Of a stretch of 64,000 nt of DNA, positions 8,093 to 16,393 are shown one piece after another (positions within the stretch are counted from its first letter, which is position 1; each line of letters starts with the position of its first letter). The notes below the pieces were generated by a model. It was given only the letters and a program-made list of their open reading frames with translations, was not told the DNA's origin and did not search any database. This DNA comes from Promethearchaeota archaeon (lineage in GTDB: Archaea; Asgardarchaeota; Lokiarchaeia; Sigyniarchaeales; Sigyniarchaeaceae): NCBI GenBank assembly GCA_041305945.1, contig JBGLND010000001.1, positions 1,717,210 through 1,781,209 of the forward strand, read 5' to 3'. A program made the translations under genes and the position numbers.

Positions 8093-11000
8093 TCACGACC
8101 CGTCCAGCAAGGTACCCGCCTGCTCGCGCACCGCCGCGTACGTCCACGGGTCCCGCGGGTACCCGGTGAACGAGCCCCACCGCGAACGCACCGAGTCAAG
8201 CAATGCACCGCCGGTGCCCTTGGCGTCCAGCAACCGGAAGTACTCGCTCATCTCGATGCCGTCCCGCATGCTTTCCCACACGATCGTGGTCACGGGCATC
8301 AAGTTCCCGTCGTTCTGGAGCATGATGGCGTCCCCGATGCCGTCGTACCCGATCCGGTAGGTGTCGAGATCGTCGACCCCGACGTACGCGTGCGCGTCCC
8401 AGAACAAGTACCCGTCGAAATTCATGGCGAACGCGCACCAGAACAAGGCTTGGTGCGCGGTGGGTGGTTCCACGAACGACACCGTGGGCTTGTTGACGAG
8501 GTTGCAGCACGTGTAGTACCAGAACTCGTTTCCGGCCGCGTGCTGGATCGCGACGTTAGACACGTTCACGTTATTGATGTGGGGGCACCAGACATCCACG
8601 AAACCATCGATTTCGGGTTCCACTTGCTCGGTAAGAAGGACCTTCCACCCGGGATGGGCTTGGTGCACCAAGTTCGACCATGCCCGGAAGTGCCCATACT
8701 CTTCCTCGCTTGGCTCGTCCATGGCGTACACGATGGCGAGATCAAGCCACGTCTTGCTCGTGTTCCCCACGGACCTGTTCCCCAGCTCGTTCCCGAGCCG
8801 GGAATAGAACGCGAGCGTCGATGCATTGAACTCGGACGTGAACGTGAACGCGCCGGGCCGGTACGTGACCCGGAACGCGTCGATCCCGTTATCGATGGCA
8901 TTCCCGGCGTCGGCCAGGTACGCGGCAAGGCTCGCCTCGTCGAACGAGTCATTGCCCGTGAAAAACACGGGGTTCGATCGATCGTTGGGAAAGTAGGGCG
9001 ATATCCGGTGTTGCAGGAAGTTCTTGGTAAACTCGTCCCGCGTCTCCAGGTAATAGACGCGCCGGTTCCCGATGGCAACCCGCATGCCGTGCGTGCCTGG
9101 CTCGCCGGGCAGGGTGAAATTCCACACGCTCGTGAGCAGCGTCAGGTTCACGGCCCACGCCGTCGAGGTTATCGTGATCGTGTCGCTGTAATTCCCCGCG
9201 GATAGATCCTCGCCCGCGTAGAGCGTGAACCAAAGCGATAGCACTTGCCCCGGGTGCACGACGGGAAGCGGACGCGGGCCAGCATCACCCGGTGCATTCT
9301 CCACGCCCGTCTGGTTGCCGTTGATCTCGTAAAGGATGTTTGGCTGGCCGGGCTGCATCTCGGCAACGTGATGCGCGACGAACCGTGGCCAGTACCACGA
9401 TCCGTTTTTCCACGACTTCACGACGTCGGGACGCGAGAACGCCGGGGGCAACCCGCCGAAACTTGAGTTCGTGATGCTCGTGTTGGTGATGGTGATGGGC
9501 ACGAAGCCGTCGTTGCGAATGGCGACCTGCACGGGCTCGAACTCGTTCCGCGCCAGGGAAAGCGCGACCACGCCCTCCCCCGCACCGGTTGCCACGCCGC
9601 TTTCGACCAGAGGCGCGAACCGCCCAACGCGGACCAGCGGGCTCACCTCGGCGAACGTGCATCCCCCGTGCCGCAAGATGACCCGCGTCGTCGGCGCCCC
9701 GTCCCGGGGTCCAGGCGCGCGCACCGCCACGGGGGTCACGACGAGGGTGGCAAGCAGGGCGATCGCCACGCACGCCACGGCGATGGCACGCTGCCGGGGG
9801 GCAAGCACAAGCACCGGGCGCGCCACGTGGGCTTGCACCGGCCGTGCAATGCCCGCTTTTTTCTTGCCAATGGCATGATCGATGGCGAAAACAAGCACCA
9901 GCACGCCGGTTACGATGATGACTGCAGGAATGCCCCAAGATAACGTTTCTCCGATCCCCGATGATGCTGACATCTGCCCGATGGTTTCCACGGTCCCGTA
10001 GCACGAACCCCCGATCAAGGCGAACGCGAGCGCGTCGTGGCCCGCGACATGGGCGTTCCGGCGCTTGGCCTTGTCCGGGTGCTTGTAGAAGGGCTCGAAG
10101 CCGGTCCTGGCCCGTAGCATGGCCGACATGAAGCACCCGAGCACCAGGCCACACATCACCCCCGCGAACGGGAACGGCGGGTTGGTCTCGTAGGTGGAGT
10201 CGGAAAAGGTGAACGTGTTCAAGAGGATTGCCATCTGCATGGCGAGCATGGCCATCCCCGCCACAAAAACTGGCTTCCACGTGACCGTCACGCCACGCGC
10301 CCGGAGCACCCGCGCGAGCACCTCCACGACGCACGTGGCAACCAGCACGCCGGTCGACACGAGCACGATGGCGAGGTCTACAACGAAATAAAAGAACGTC
10401 ACGGTCGCCGTTGAGGTTGCCACGAACGATGCCAGCAACGTGACGACCAGCATCGCCGTGCCGGTTGCCAGCTTTCGTCTGCCACGCTGGAATAAAGGTG
10501 CATCGCCATCGCCGTTCATGCCCCGTTTTCCTTCCGGGTCAAGCACCGCGCCAGCGAGCGCCACCACCGGCGTGGCGGCGGCAAGGATGAGCAGCACGTG
10601 ATGCTGCAACAGCCACTCGTGGAACAGCGGCACGACCGCCGTGATGCACGACGCGACGGCGACCTCGGAGAATCCCGACTTGCCCCGTGCCGCGGCACGA
10701 TCGAGCGCGTGCACGAGCTCGCTGGCGACCAGCATCATCAAGCCCAGCCCGAGCAGCGTGAAAGGAAGCGCGTTCGGGAACGCGTGCACGAACAGCCCCA
10801 GGACGGCACGTGGCGCCCCGTTCGGGTCCACCCGGTGGCGCTCGAAGGCCAGCAAGGCCACGTAACACCACGAGCCCGCGCCAGCCGCGACGAGCGATGC
10901 TATCGCCCTGGCGCCCTTGTTCTTGCAGCAGAGCACCGTGAAGAACAAGACGAGCATGAACAAGAGCAACAAGTAAGGTAGGTCGTTGAAATCATTGAAT

Positions 11001-11203
11001 AGGACAGGTTGCTCGAACTCCTTGGCGATCGGCAATGCATCGAAGAACATCAGCATCCACCCCAGCAAGCCAAGGACGGAAAAAGGGAATGACAGGCGGA
11101 AGAGCACGGTAATCAAGGATTGCCACGAGCCCGTCCCGCCGGCATGTCCCCCGTCCTTGATGGCGGGATTCTCGTTTCCAACGGTCGTCATCGGTTCCAC
11201 CAC
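8093..11203 (-). CDS. large membrane protein: ~460-aa polytopic N-terminal domain fused to a DUF4091 (GH123-related) glycoside-hydrolase-like domain
   Basis: The C-terminal part reads FWYYTCCNLVNKPTVSF ... ALFWCAFAMNFDGYLFWDAHAY ... GDAIMLQNDG ... SMRDGIEMSEYFRLL, matching my recollection of the DUF4091 signature. The N-terminus has more than 10 hydrophobic spans. Confidence 0.7.
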   Translation of the reverse strand: MVEPMTTVGNENPAIKDGGHAGGTGSWQSLITVLFRLSFPFSVLGLLGWMLMFFDALPIAKEFEQPVLFNDFNDLPYLLLLFMLVLFFTVLCCKNKGARAIASLVAAGAGSWCYVALLAFERHRVDPNGAPRAVLGLFVHAFPNALPFTLLGLGLMMLVASELVHALDRAAARGKSGFSEVAVASCITAVVPLFHEWLLQHHVLLILAAATPVVALAGAVLDPEGKRGMNGDGDAPLFQRGRRKLATGTAMLVVTLLASFVATSTATVTFFYFVVDLAIVLVSTGVLVATCVVEVLARVLRARGVTVTWKPVFVAGMAMLAMQMAILLNTFTFSDSTYETNPPFPFAGVMCGLVLGCFMSAMLRARTGFEPFYKHPDKAKRRNAHVAGHDALAFALIGGSCYGTVETIGQMSASSGIGETLSWGIPAVIIVTGVLVLVFAIDHAIGKKKAGIARPVQAHVARPVLVLAPRQRAIAVACVAIALLATLVVTPVAVRAPGPRDGAPTTRVILRHGGCTFAEVSPLVRVGRFAPLVESGVATGAGEGVVALSLARNEFEPVQVAIRNDGFVPITITNTSITNSSFGGLPPAFSRPDVVKSWKNGSWYWPRFVAHHVAEMQPGQPNILYEINGNQTGVENAPGDAGPRPLPVVHPGQVLSLWFTLYAGEDLSAGNYSDTITITSTAWAVNLTLLTSVWNFTLPGEPGTHGMRVAIGNRRVYYLETRDEFTKNFLQHRISPYFPNDRSNPVFFTGNDSFDEASLAAYLADAGNAIDNGIDAFRVTYRPGAFTFTSEFNASTLAFYSRLGNELGNRSVGNTSKTWLDLAIVYAMDEPSEEEYGHFRAWSNLVHQAHPGWKVLLTEQVEPEIDGFVDVWCPHINNVNVSNVAIQHAAGNEFWYYTCCNLVNKPTVSFVEPPTAHQALFWCAFAMNFDGYLFWDAHAYVGVDDLDTYRIGYDGIGDAIMLQNDGNLMPVTTIVWESMRDGIEMSEYFRLLDAKGTGGALLDSVRSRWGSFTGYPRDPWTYAAVREQAGTLLDGS

Positions 11204-11297
11204 GCGACGGATTCATGTAGGTTAATAGGTATTTATAGTCTCCGCGCAAGCTCGCGAAGCGGTTGTGGTAATGATGGTATACGAGAGCAAGCATGAC

Positions 11298-13259
11298 ATG
11301 CCCGGCAAGAGGGCGAGCCCGTGGTGCATCGCGGTGGCGCTCTGGTCCTGCGTGCTGGCATGCACGATCGGATCGAACATGACGTTGATCGATGATGGCA
11401 ATGATCGGGGGTACATGGATGCCGTGACGGGCATCCTGATCATGAAATCGGGCCCCCATTCCCCCATCACGATCACCAACGACACGGAACTCGAAGATTT
11501 CATCCTCGCAGAAGGCCTCCAAGGTAACGGCACGGTTGGAAACCCGTTCGTCATCCGCGATTTCGAGATCAACGCTGGGGGAACAGGAAAATGCCTGGTC
11601 CTTGCCAACATCACGAGATACCTCACCATCGTGAACTGCACGTTCTCCAACGCGGGGGATAACACGGTCGACGGCCGGAATTGCTCGAACATCAACTTCA
11701 CGGAAAACCGGGTCATCGGGAACGTGCAATACAACAAGTACCCGGTGTTTTTCTGGCGGCTGTACAACAGCACGATCGCCACGAATAACATCACGAATCA
11801 ACCCAATTCACGTGGTTTATTTCTCAGCACCGCATCGAACGTTACCATCGAGGGGAACAGGATTTACAACAACGATTCTGGCATGCAAGTTTCCAATTGT
11901 AACAACGTGCGCATCTATTCGAACATGGTATTCGACAACGACCAGCACAACATCGAGCTGTACAGTTCAGCCACCAACATCGAGGTTGCACATAACTGGC
12001 TTAACAACACGTCCCATTATGGCATTTACGTGTATCAATATGCATCGTATTGCACGATATGGAACAACTCGATCTCCCACAACGAGTATGAAAATATCCT
12101 GATCACGCAATACGCACACCACATCACGATCCGGGATAACAACCTCACCGATAGTTATTTCGGGGTGCGGTCCGATAACTGCCATTACATCACCATAGAA
12201 CGGAACCATGCCACGCGGAACCATCATGGGTTCGTCTTGATTGCCGCCGATTATTGTCGTGTCGTCGGAAACAATGCATCTTACAACAACTACAACGGGA
12301 TCGTCATGGAAGACCTGGGCGGTGGCGCTTCGTGCAATCACAACGTCGTCCGGCTCAACACGCTGGTCGGGAACCCGACGAACAATTTCCAGTACAGCAC
12401 GGCCGGTATCAACAACAGCTTGTACGATCTATGGTACGGGAACTATTACGGGAATTACTTGTCCCAGAATCCATCGGCAACGAGCGATGGCGTGACGTGG
12501 AACCTCCCCTACACCACCGGCGGGACGGTGACCGCGATCGACCACCACCCGCTTGCCGTCCCCTATGGCAGCATCCCGATCGTGGCCGACGTGGCGAAGA
12601 GCACGACGGGGTCGATCAAGGCGGGCCAGCCGATCACGTTCTACACGATGGGGTATGCCGGCGACCCCGAGTCGACGTTCCAGTGGAATTTCGGGGACGG
12701 CACAAGCAACGCGACGACGCGGGACGCGACGCACGTGTACCAAGATGCAGGCACGTTCACCGTGCGGCTCACGATCGTCGCCCGCTCCTTCATGATCTTT
12801 GCCGTCGGTCCCTTGATAGCATCGTTTCCAACGATGGGCGAGACAAAACAGGCGTCCCCCTTCCTTTTCGACATGATGGCTCGCATATCGCGGATGGCGA
12901 GGATAGGATCGATCGACAAGTACGGGTTCGACGGTGCGATGACGATTTTATCCGTGTTCTCGAGTGCGTCTCGCACCTCGGGCGTGATCCTTGCCTGGTC
13001 TGCCCCGGAAAATGCGATCTCGTCTGCCACGGGGCCGGCACGTTCCTTGACGAAGTATTCCTCGAACTCTAGCCACCTGTCCCCCGAGCGGACCCTCGTG
13101 CGCACCTCGTCATCCGTGCACGGGAGGACCTCCGCGTTCACGCCATGGGCGGCACGTATGGTACGGGCAACCTCGGTCAGCCTGGCTCCTTCATCGAGTC
13201 GGCTCGTCCTGAACACGTGCGTGCCCATGTCCTTGTCCCCCAAGTTAAACCACGCGTAA
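11298..13259 (+). CDS. right-handed parallel beta-helix (NosD-like) surface protein with a PKD domain; homology stops at ~12780 and the rest of the ORF is antisense read-through of cofD
   Basis: Signal-like MPGKRASPWCIAVALWSCVLAC, with many N-x-I/N-x-V beta-helix coils. The PKD motif FQWNFGDGTSNATTRDATHVYQDAGTFTVRLTIV is cut before its last strands. Confidence 0.7.
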   Translation: MPGKRASPWCIAVALWSCVLACTIGSNMTLIDDGNDRGYMDAVTGILIMKSGPHSPITITNDTELEDFILAEGLQGNGTVGNPFVIRDFEINAGGTGKCLVLANITRYLTIVNCTFSNAGDNTVDGRNCSNINFTENRVIGNVQYNKYPVFFWRLYNSTIATNNITNQPNSRGLFLSTASNVTIEGNRIYNNDSGMQVSNCNNVRIYSNMVFDNDQHNIELYSSATNIEVAHNWLNNTSHYGIYVYQYASYCTIWNNSISHNEYENILITQYAHHITIRDNNLTDSYFGVRSDNCHYITIERNHATRNHHGFVLIAADYCRVVGNNASYNNYNGIVMEDLGGGASCNHNVVRLNTLVGNPTNNFQYSTAGINNSLYDLWYGNYYGNYLSQNPSATSDGVTWNLPYTTGGTVTAIDHHPLAVPYGSIPIVADVAKSTTGSIKAGQPITFYTMGYAGDPESTFQWNFGDGTSNATTRDATHVYQDAGTFTVRLTIVARSFMIFAVGPLIASFPTMGETKQASPFLFDMMARISRMARIGSIDKYGFDGAMTILSVFSSASRTSGVILAWSAPENAISSATGPARSLTKYSSNSSHLSPERTLVRTSSSVHGRTSAFTPWAARMVRATSVSLAPSSSRLVLNTCVPMSLSPKLNHA

Positions 13260-13513
13260 TTCAGGGTGTATTTCGCGAGCATCGAAAGGCAATTGAACGT
13301 GTCACCTGCCAATCCCCACCTTTTTTCAGGATCGACCAAGCCCGCGAGCGTGTAGGTAATGATGTCAAAGTCGGGGCAGATGTAGAGCCCGTGCATCCTA
13401 GAATCGTCGCCGACGTTCACCACGATCGTCAAGTCGCGTGGATCGAGCACCCTGTACAGCCCCTCGGCGAGTTTTCCCGCGCCGATCCCCCCCGCCACGA
13501 GCGTGATTTTCAT
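12641..13513 (-). CDS. cofD: 2-phospho-L-lactate transferase (CofD), 3'-truncated; homology ends at ~12785
   Basis: MKITLVAGGIGAGKLAEGL ... NVGDD ... PSNPYLSIDPILAI ... SPIVGNDAIKGPTAKIMKE is CofD-like. The final ~45 aa of the ORF are antisense of the PKD domain. About 60 C-terminal residues of a typical CofD are missing. Confidence 0.75.
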   Translation of the reverse strand: MKITLVAGGIGAGKLAEGLYRVLDPRDLTIVVNVGDDSRMHGLYICPDFDIITYTLAGLVDPEKRWGLAGDTFNCLSMLAKYTLNYAWFNLGDKDMGTHVFRTSRLDEGARLTEVARTIRAAHGVNAEVLPCTDDEVRTRVRSGDRWLEFEEYFVKERAGPVADEIAFSGADQARITPEVRDALENTDKIVIAPSNPYLSIDPILAIRDMRAIMSKRKGDACFVSPIVGNDAIKGPTAKIMKERATIVSRTVNVPASWYTCVASRVVALLVPSPKFHWNVDSGSPAYPIV

Positions 13514-13537
13514 GTTGGTTGCCTCGGGAGTATCGTG

Positions 13538-14257
13538 TTATAGGCGATCGGGCGAGAAGAGTATGCCGCCAACATCGTGCCTGGTGCTGCCTGGTGGTCG
13601 TCCATCCCGTTCACGCGCGGGATTCCGGTCCCGGCGTCCAGCCACGGCACCCGTTTCTCGCTTGTAACCGGCCGTGATGAATGCTTGTGGTGTCCACGCG
13701 TTCGGCAGGTGAATGGCAGCCTTGATCGCATCTTGGGCAAAAAGCGGTGCACAGTACCAGCACGCGCCGAGGCCCGCAACGTGCGCGGCTATCAAGAGGT
13801 TTTGAATGGCAGCAGCAACGGACTGCGTTGCCATCGTGCTCTCGGCCACCTTGCGTGGCCCGTCCGGGTACGTGTCCATCACGCTAGCATCGACGCACGC
13901 GAGCAGCAAGACCGGTGCATCTGAAAACCGTCGCAGCGACGCGTCTGCAATGCCCCGCGCGACCTCCTCTTGCTTCCCATCCTTGATCAAGTCCTTATAA
14001 TACTTGCCCGCCATTGCCGAGATCATTTCCTTCCTGATACCTTGGTTCCTCGCGTCTTGCTTGAAAAAAACGATGAACCGCCACGGTTGGGCGTTATGCG
14101 CTGAGGGCGCCCATCGCGCGACATCCACGATCTCGTTGATGGTGGTTGGATCGACCACCTTGCCATCGAACTCGTCCTTGTAGCTCCGTCGCGAGCTGGC
14201 GATCTCCTTGAACGCGTGAAATCCGGGACTGTTCCACCCGTCGTGGTCGGGTGCCAT
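13538..14257 (-). CDS. nitroreductase family protein (FbiB C-terminal-domain-like)
   Basis: SRRSYKDEF ... VARWAPSAHNAQPWRFIVF ... are nitroreductase FMN-site motifs. It sits directly upstream of cofD on the same strand. Confidence 0.8.
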   Translation of the reverse strand: MAPDHDGWNSPGFHAFKEIASSRRSYKDEFDGKVVDPTTINEIVDVARWAPSAHNAQPWRFIVFFKQDARNQGIRKEMISAMAGKYYKDLIKDGKQEEVARGIADASLRRFSDAPVLLLACVDASVMDTYPDGPRKVAESTMATQSVAAAIQNLLIAAHVAGLGACWYCAPLFAQDAIKAAIHLPNAWTPQAFITAGYKRETGAVAGRRDRNPARERDGRPPGSTRHDVGGILFSPDRL

Positions 14258-14329
14258 GGAAAGATGACCTTGGTGATGCTTGGTGAACGTGGAAAAGAAG
14301 GTGCGAATAAAAAGGGGGTGGATCCTTAT

Positions 14330-15331
14330 TCACGTCAGGATCTCGATGTGGTCGCCGTGCACGTACACGGTTTTCTCGGACTGGGACACGAAACTACCCT
14401 TGATGTCGGCGAGCACCTTGTATTCCAAGAGTACTCCTGTCGAAATCAACTCGTTCAAGGCAAACTGGGGAACCAAGACTTCCTTCACCCATGCCCTGCG
14501 GCTGAATGGAAGCGTCTTGTAATTCTTCGCGATGTACCCGATGAGCTGCTTGGCTGCCTTGTTGCGGATCTTGGGCACGTGCGTGAGGGATATCTGGTAG
14601 ATGTTCCCGAAGTTGAGGGGGTGCGTCTGGCCCTCGCCCGTGCTCGCGAACGTTTCTACCGCGAAGACATCGCCCTCAGCCACTTCCTTGCCCGTGGGCA
14701 ACGGGATGAGGGGGATTTGCTTCTCGCCGTGAACGTTCCATTGCTCCACCGTGTGGCCGCTCAAGTCCTTGATGGGCTGGTACTTGTATGATTTGATGGT
14801 CTCGTTGATCTTCTTGCCGATATCGTTGGTCTTCGCCCCGACCTTCAACATGTCAATGGCAGCCTCCATCGATTTCTCGGCGGCGGTCGTGATGTTTGCC
14901 AAGGCCGGTTCCTTGCTGAGGTTCACGGTTGTCGCGGTATCGGCAACATAACCATCGATATGAACGCCGAGATCGAGCTTGATGACCATGCCCTCCTCGA
15001 TCTCGAGCATGTCGCGTGGGCCGCTCGTGTAATGCGCGGCGATGTTGTTTATCGAGACGTTGAACGGGAAACCGATGTTTCCACCCCGGTCCACGATAAA
15101 CGCCTCCACCTTCTCGATGAGCTCGATCACCTTCAAGCCCGGCTTGGCCATATCCCGCGCCTTGAGCAATGCTTCCTTCGCGATCTTGCCTGCCTTCCGG
15201 TACGATTCGAGTGCCTTTTGCTTGCGTTCTTCCTCGGTTAACTCTTCTTCCGGTTTTTCCTCTGTTGCTTTCCCTTCTTGGCTTTCCGGCTTCTCCGGTT
15301 TCGCCGGGTCATCTACTTTCTTGCCGCACAT
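14330..15331 (-). CDS. map: type-2 methionine aminopeptidase with a ~45-aa Lys/Glu-rich N-terminal extension
   Basis: FPFNVSINNIAAHYT ... DLGVHIDGYVADTATT ... LSGHTVEQWNVHGEKQIP ... FAVETFASTG aligns along its length with archaeal MetAP as recalled from Pyrococcus. The N-terminus is MCGKKVDDPAKPEKPESQEGKATEEKPEEELTEEERKQK. Confidence 0.9.
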   Translation of the reverse strand: MCGKKVDDPAKPEKPESQEGKATEEKPEEELTEEERKQKALESYRKAGKIAKEALLKARDMAKPGLKVIELIEKVEAFIVDRGGNIGFPFNVSINNIAAHYTSGPRDMLEIEEGMVIKLDLGVHIDGYVADTATTVNLSKEPALANITTAAEKSMEAAIDMLKVGAKTNDIGKKINETIKSYKYQPIKDLSGHTVEQWNVHGEKQIPLIPLPTGKEVAEGDVFAVETFASTGEGQTHPLNFGNIYQISLTHVPKIRNKAAKQLIGYIAKNYKTLPFSRRAWVKEVLVPQFALNELISTGVLLEYKVLADIKGSFVSQSEKTVYVHGDHIEILT

Positions 15332-15501
15332 GACATGTCATCTAGCCTCATATAACCTCGGGGAGAAATAAAAACTTCTTATTCATTCGTCCTCGTGTTC
15401 AATCTGGCCTCGTGGGTCGTGAATCCAAGCCTCTCGAACACTTTTCCCACGATACATGGCAAGCAAGAGTAAAGAACGTTGGAAAGAAATCGATGTATAT
15501 T

Positions 15502-15870
15502 TTACCCCAAGATGTCGCCGATGCGTTTGGTGTACTTGTCCAAATCAAGGTACACCATGCCCAGTTTTGCTTCTTGCGCGGTGAGCACGGTCAATATGGA
15601 GTTCTGGCCGGCGGTCTGGCAAATGAACATGCCGTTATTACCCTCGACGAGAAACCGCTTCATGATCCCCCTCCCGAGTTCCTCGCACGCCCTGATTGAG
15701 ACACTAGTTAAAGCAGCAGCCATGGCGCTCACGATCCCCTCGTTTGCCGTCCGGGGAAGAGCTGACGCAATGGGAAGTCCTTGAACGGACATTATCGCGC
15801 CCGCGACGATTTCCGGGTTATTTCCCTGCATATCACGTAGCAGATTTATTAAATCCTCTGTGCGCTCCAT
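15502..15870 (-). CDS. Roadblock/LC7 (MglB-like) domain protein
   Basis: 122 aa. GAIMSVQGLPIASALP ... VSAMAAAL ... FLVEGNNGMFICQTAGQNSILTVLT fits the Roadblock/LC7 pattern. Confidence 0.8.
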   Translation of the reverse strand: MERTEDLINLLRDMQGNNPEIVAGAIMSVQGLPIASALPRTANEGIVSAMAAALTSVSIRACEELGRGIMKRFLVEGNNGMFICQTAGQNSILTVLTAQEAKLGMVYLDLDKYTKRIGDILG

Positions 15871-16393
15871 TGTTTTTCCACGCAGAACGATGAATGTCGG
15901 GCGTAATTCTACAAGCAGCCAGCGTCGTTTTTGATGTTATTAGTTGGATTTTGTAGTTTATATCGTTTTTTGGCAAGATCGATACACTTCATGACACGAC
16001 GTCCCAGTGGCGTTTCGAGCGGGCCACGCCATCCTCGTCCAGTCGCATACATGCCACTAATACTCACTTGAGGTTCAGGCAATGCTTGGCCAAGATCGTC
16101 TCGAGTATCATGGCATCGTGCACTTTAATCTTGTAAAGAGTGAATACCTTTATATCCATAGTTTCCTTTGAGAAAAAGTCGTTATTGTCGAAATAATTAC
16201 TCGACAAGTCTAGCGAGCATAAGGATTCACATCGCGGGACACCCGGCGGCACGAGCGGCTTGAACGGCACAAGCAGCCCGAGCGGCTTGAACTTTCTCGT
16301 CATGAACAGAATAATTTTATAGGCTTAACGGTGGTTTTAGGATCATATAACAATCCGGTATGAAACGGTTTTTGACACGGCACGGATGATGAC

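Noticed and set aside
16064-16303. 79-aa minus-strand ORF
   Set aside because: It has no motif, weak start context and lies in an AT-rich spacer. The evidence is insufficient to list it as a gene.
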